Below, one piece after another: positions 58,880-64,000 of a stretch of DNA of 64,000 nt (its first letter is position 1; each line of letters opens with the position of its first letter). The translations under genes were made by a program, and so were the position numbers. The notes under the pieces are model-generated. The model was given only the letters and a program-made list of their open reading frames with translations. It was not told where the DNA came from and did no database searches. The stretch covers positions 84,074,001-84,138,000 of the forward strand of contig OZ076409.1 of the NCBI GenBank assembly GCA_964187785.1, given 5' to 3'. The stretch comes from Amphiscolops sp. MND2022. Its lineage: Eukaryota.

Positions 58880-59760
58880 TGATTTTTTCGAGAAATTTTT
58901 TCTTGATAAATTTTTTGGTCTCCGGAAAATGCATAGTGCTGAAAAATGTAAAAGGGGGCCTTCAGAAGTTTTTGAACATCCATTCTAATGCAAAATAGGA
59001 AAAAATGGTGGGTGACCCTTCGGAGACATTCAAAAAAATTCGCGAAAAAAGTATCACAAAGCAGAAAAAACCTGCACAAAAAACTTTTTGGTCAAGGTTG
59101 GACTCGAACCCACGTCCCTCTGCTTGGCAGACCTCAAAAAAGCCGTAACCTCTATGCCAAGTGCCAGTAGGAGTTACAAGTGTGGCAATTAGTGGATCAT
59201 GAAAATTGTAAAAAGTGGACCATTCAGAGTGAAAATGTCAGCTGAAAAAGAAAACAAGACGGGAACGTCCCAAGTCGGCGCCATATCTTAGGCTCAAAAA
59301 TATTCAAGGAACAACTATTGGAAAAATTTGGGAAAAAAAATTTTTTTCAAAAAAGTATTTTTGAATTTTTTTTCGAAAAAAGTTTTTTTCAAGTCGCACA
59401 ATGCCGAAAAACTCAAAAAGAGGCCATTCAGGCTCATTCAACGTTTTCTACAAACCGAAAACTTCAAAAAAAAAGCAAGGGGGTACCCTTTAATAAATTT
59501 CGAAAAATTTTCGAAAAAAGTCGCATAGTGCCGAAAAAACCCAAAGGGGGGAAGATGAACAAAAATGAAAGATGAACAAATTGTAAGAAAAGTGGACCAC
59601 TCAGAGTGAGATTGTCAACTGAAAAAAAAACAGAAAAAACTACTCTATTCACTGTAAGAGTCAGGTTTTTTCCTTAAGGGAAAAGGCGCCGACTAAAAAC
59701 TACCCACTGTAGTAGTAGGGCTTTTTTTCTTAAGGGAAAAGGCGCCGACTACAAACAAAC
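58880..59760. repeat. composite AT-rich dispersed repeat including a SINE-like B-box and short direct repeats
   Basis: GCATAGTGCCGAAAA subunits; duplicated AAAGTGGACCA.TCAGAGTGA (~59211, ~59588); duplicated TTAAGGGAAAAGGCGCCGACTA (~59674, ~59730). Confidence 0.5.
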
Positions 59761-62700
59761 ATTTTGTCGTTCCACTCTAATAAATTTTTTATTTAGATAG
59801 GCATGATGAACAGTTCAACATTTTCGAAAACTGACTTGTAATAGTGAAATCATAACACCTTTAACGAATAACGGTAATATTGCGCAACAACATAACAAGG
59901 CAGGTGATGAAATTCATGCTTAAACTAGGAGCAACGAAAAGTATTCAACTGGCAACAAGCATCAAAATGATTACCACAAAACATTTATCAATTAGCTTTA
60001 CCTTGAGTGACGACGTAACGACGTCAATTTAGACACGCAATTTTACAAAATCAGTTTTGAAATTTGAGTGCAACTGTATAAACGTATGAAACTATTCTTC
60101 CTTCTGGGTAATGTAAAATTACATTTGATTCATTCTACTGCAAATATAAACTGTCACTTTTAAATATGGATTCTTTGAAATTTTTTTCCCGTAATACAAT
60201 CTTAAAATGATTTCACTTTCCTTCTGAATGCTTTAAATCATTGTCAACGTAACCTAGACGTAGAATTAAATAATTCCTAGTCTCCAGAGTGATAGCTTTT
60301 TGGCTTCAATTTAGATTTCTCTAAAGTTTCCTTATCAAAATGGTACATCTTTTCAAATTTTCTACTGCGCGAACGCTTATTTTCATACAGTTAAGACGTA
60401 GTGTTGACAAGTTTCATTCGGAGGCTTGGCTAGCTGCCTAGTTTGACGAGATGCTCACGAGTAATTTGGAATGAATTTTAGCTAGCTGTCACAATGGTGA
60501 CGTAGTGCTGACGTCACAGCCGTAACGATATTAGCTGCTGTGACAATATTTGTTTACTTAACGACATGTATTCGTCTCACTTCGCATTAATTGCTTTTCA
60601 AAGAGCAAATAAACTGCCTTTTCTCGGAAAGTCGTAACTTTTTTAATGTGCGTCTCAAATGTGTTTCCTGTTTTAGATCGGTGTATGCTCTTAATTCAAA
60701 AATAATTTTATTCATAATTTCTATTTAGATTAGCCTATAGTTTTATTTTGAAAATTAGTTTCAATCTAGATTTCAGGTTAAGAATGTCCATAAATTGACG
60801 TGGCTTAAACGTCTTGACGGAAATGTGTGAAATCATTTCAATCTGTTAAATTTTGGTGTTCATTTTTGTTTTCGATCCGTTTGGAGTGAGGCCTATGTTT
60901 TATTAACAAGTCACAGTTTACTTATTTGATCAGAAAGTTTGTTTAAAAGTTTAAAACCCACTTTGGAAACTTTGAGCTCATCCGTGGCCTTTCCCGTTTC
61001 CTATACTCTTGCACCCACAAGCCAGTCCGGGCGCGGATTGTGACAGCTCATCTCATCTGGAACAACAAAACATCTAAAATAGAACAAGTCAACAATAACC
61101 AAGTACTTTCCATGACTGGAGTACGACCAAGCATCTTGTCAGCATTTGAGGCCAAGAACTGCGCCCAATGAACGACAGCTTCGTTAATAAATCTCGAAAC
61201 TTTTGCACTGTACAGAAATTGCTCCTTCGAACTAGAATCGAATGACTATTTTGGAAAAAAAATATTTCTATGCAAAGGACGTTGTGCGAAGCACCTGCTG
61301 AGCCCTGGGATATAATATTTCCGGAAAATGCGAAGATGGATCTTCTGTTCAACTCGAACTAGTGTATTACCCAAAAAATCAAATGAATGACCAAAAAAAC
61401 CTGTACGATTAGGTTCCAAAGAACTTTCACGAACTAGCTTAGCTCCTTTTAAGTCGACGCGCTTTTGTACGGCAATGAACCAAACTCTTAAAAAGTTTTT
61501 TGAAGAAGACAATTGCTACTTTTCAGAGCTTCGTTTTATGAATAATCTTTCAGAGACGTATAGAGTACTAGCCGAGACCAAAAGATCCTCTATTTTGAAT
61601 TTTTCTCCGTTTTAGATGATCAACTAAACTACAAAAGAGCAAATGATTTTCTTTTGAGCTATATTGGCATTGTGCAACTTTCAGAAGCAAAATATTCATC
61701 GAAGGATGCTCTTTGGTTTTTGACATTTTCATCTTGAAAAAATTGTTTGAAGCCTTGAGTATTTTTCGAAGATCTTTTTTTAAAAACACTTTTTAGCATA
61801 TTTAAAATATTTTAGTCAAAGGCGCTTATTGGGTCAAATCATAGCAAATGTTCCGCTGAAGTCAACTATCAAGAACGATGTCCGTAAAAGAGATACTTTT
61901 TGTGATATGCAAACTTTTTGTGAAATTCTTTTCTTTTTTGAAGAGTCAATTATCGACATGGCTTTTCGTCAGGTTTCTTTTCGATACACCTGAAGTAGCT
62001 ACAATAGTTTTACAAGTTCAATAAATTAGTAACTTCTACCACTGCTCTTTGTCTAGTGATCAGTACGTGCGTTCGAGTCTCGCACTAAACCAAAATTTTT
62101 TATCTTTGCAAACGTAGGGAGAGACCAAAGGTCCCCTTAAAGTTTTTTCCGCACGATGCGACTTTTTTCAGAAGTTTCTTCAATCGAAGGGATTTGAAGC
62201 CTAGCCCACTTTTTTTATTTTTAAAAGGGTCAAAGCGTTTTGGAAAATTAGTGAAAATCTCAACAAATCGACTTGAATACAAACCAGAAAGCTTCAGTTT
62301 TAAATTTGTTCTCAGGGTGACAGTTTATGATTCAGATACAAACTTTGTTCACACTTTTTCCCTATGTAGTCACGCATTTTTGATGAAGAAATCAAGAGCT
62401 TCCTGTTTTGAGTCATCATTAAACGCTTAATACGAACATGATTAGAGTCAAAATGTGTGAACAATGTTTTGTTCAAGCGGGAAACTACTCTAATAGAAGT
62501 TAACTTCCTGCTATGAAAGAAGGTTTTACTTTTTATTAGGCTAGTCTAAAGTTTTTAAAGAAAGTTATTTTCAAAAATTTTGGTGGGGGGGGGGAACAGA
62601 AAAGAGCCCGAAAAAGTGACCTCATTGTTTTTTTTGGTCTTGCGGATGAGAGTTTTCTCAACAATTGTGGAAATGACTTACGGTATCTTTGGCACCTTGT

Positions 62701-64000
62701 GACTTTTTCTTTTAAAAATTTTCAATTGCTCAAAGTGTACCCGCTTCACTTTAATGAATGTTTTTGGCTTTAAAAATCGTTTTGCAAGCGCAAAGCTCCT
62801 TTTTGGGTTCCTTGAGGCGGTAAAGGAGTTGGAAACTAATTAAAGCATTGAAAAAAAATACTTTATTGTTGTAGGATACTCTGCACGATTTATGGACTAC
62901 TTTTAGCTATATTTCTCAGATACCATTTTTTCTCTGGTCATTGCGTACAATTAGGACCCTAATATGATGTAGAGTGAATTTTAAAAATTTCGTTTAAATC
63001 GTATGGATTTCCGTGGTTATTCTTGGATTAATTCTGGCTATGTTTCTCAGATCCCAAAAAAAGGATTTTCATGTCATTTTGCACGTGGGAGCAACTTTGA
63101 GTGAGATTAACTGTGCAAGATTTTATGAAAATGGCACGGACAGGCAAAAAAAGGTACGAGTGCAAAAGTAGTAAAATTATTTTTAATGAGCTTTTTGTGT
63201 TTCTAGTTGAAAAATGCTTTTCAAGTTTTATGCGTGTCCCTTCGGGGTTTTTGGGAACTGAAAAATTATTGAAGTTTCAACCATAGTGTTCTTTGTTTTT
63301 TTAGACAATTTGGTTTTAACATATTTGGTTTTTAATACACTTGGTTTTAACATGTTTAAGAAAATTGACTTGTTGATCATCGGAACGGCCCTTTGGCCAA
63401 GTATGTTAAAATTTTCATGAGCTACGATATCCACAAAATTCAACGAGAAAACATTTAACTTCCCAATGCGACTTTTTAAAATCCCTCAAAGTTCAAGGTC
63501 GAAACACAAACATATTTAACGAATTAGTAAATAGGAAAAACGAGTTTAAAGAATAGAAATAGTCCATAAAGTCAGAAGAAAGAGCAAATTTTTTTCATTT
63601 TTTACAACGTTGTGGACTTTTCGTTCATTTTTTGTTTTTTCTTTCGTGGGTTTGAACATCCAGAGTATTCACCACCAACAAAGTTAGCTACTAAACATAC
63701 TCGTGATCAGTGTGGTGAGTTTTTTCGGAAAGGAGATAAACTGAACCGAAAAGTTCCAAACTTAACAAGTTTTGGTTAATGTTATGTTTTTGCTGCTTTA
63801 TATGCTGTTTTTCTACAATTTTTGGATGTTTCGCAGTTATGAGTTTCCACGGAATTCAGCAACAATGAAATTGCTTTAAACATATACTTTAAGCGCCAGA
63901 ATGAAAAAAAAGTAAAAATTACCAAATTGTGAACTTTGTGTTGATTCAGAACGTTGTTTTTTGCATAAGTATCTTTTTACGCTATTTCTTTTTCAAACAT

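Noticed and set aside
59800..64000. Short ORFs in the terminal 4 kb
   Set aside because: AT-rich sequence with no motifs or coherent exon chain that I can support.

Overview
AT-rich eukaryotic (metazoan-type) genomic DNA that is almost entirely mobile elements, around one clear host gene (intronless CCDC170-like coiled-coil ORF, 4946-6967). (1) A complete 18.3-kb Polinton/Maverick (adintovirus-type) element spans 19327-37633. It has ~60-bp TIRs ending AGTAGT, a 6-bp GATTAG target-site duplication, pPolB, packaging ATPase, integrase, core protein, major and minor capsid proteins and protease. It also carries several short predicted spliceosomal introns, a spliced SGNH-hydrolase-like gene whose intron holds TTAGGG repeats, and GC-rich hairpins. 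This copy has nonsense/frameshift lesions in pPolB, the core protein and the protease. (2) A young 16.4-kb Ty3/Gypsy LTR retrotransposon spans 38271-54710, with 1621-bp LTRs and a TTGCT TSD. Its Gag frame starts inside the LTR and reads through the PBS, a non-Env ORF3 ends inside the 3' LTR, and it carries an antisense gene of at least 5 exons (~1000 aa) that looks BED-finger/hAT-transposase-derived. Also present: an old decayed Gypsy (9435-15409), a decayed CRE-like non-LTR element (~16100-19080), remnants of related gag-in-LTR families, MITE/foldback palindromes and tRNA-derived SINE fragments. All calls come from reading the sequence by eye; no database searches were run.
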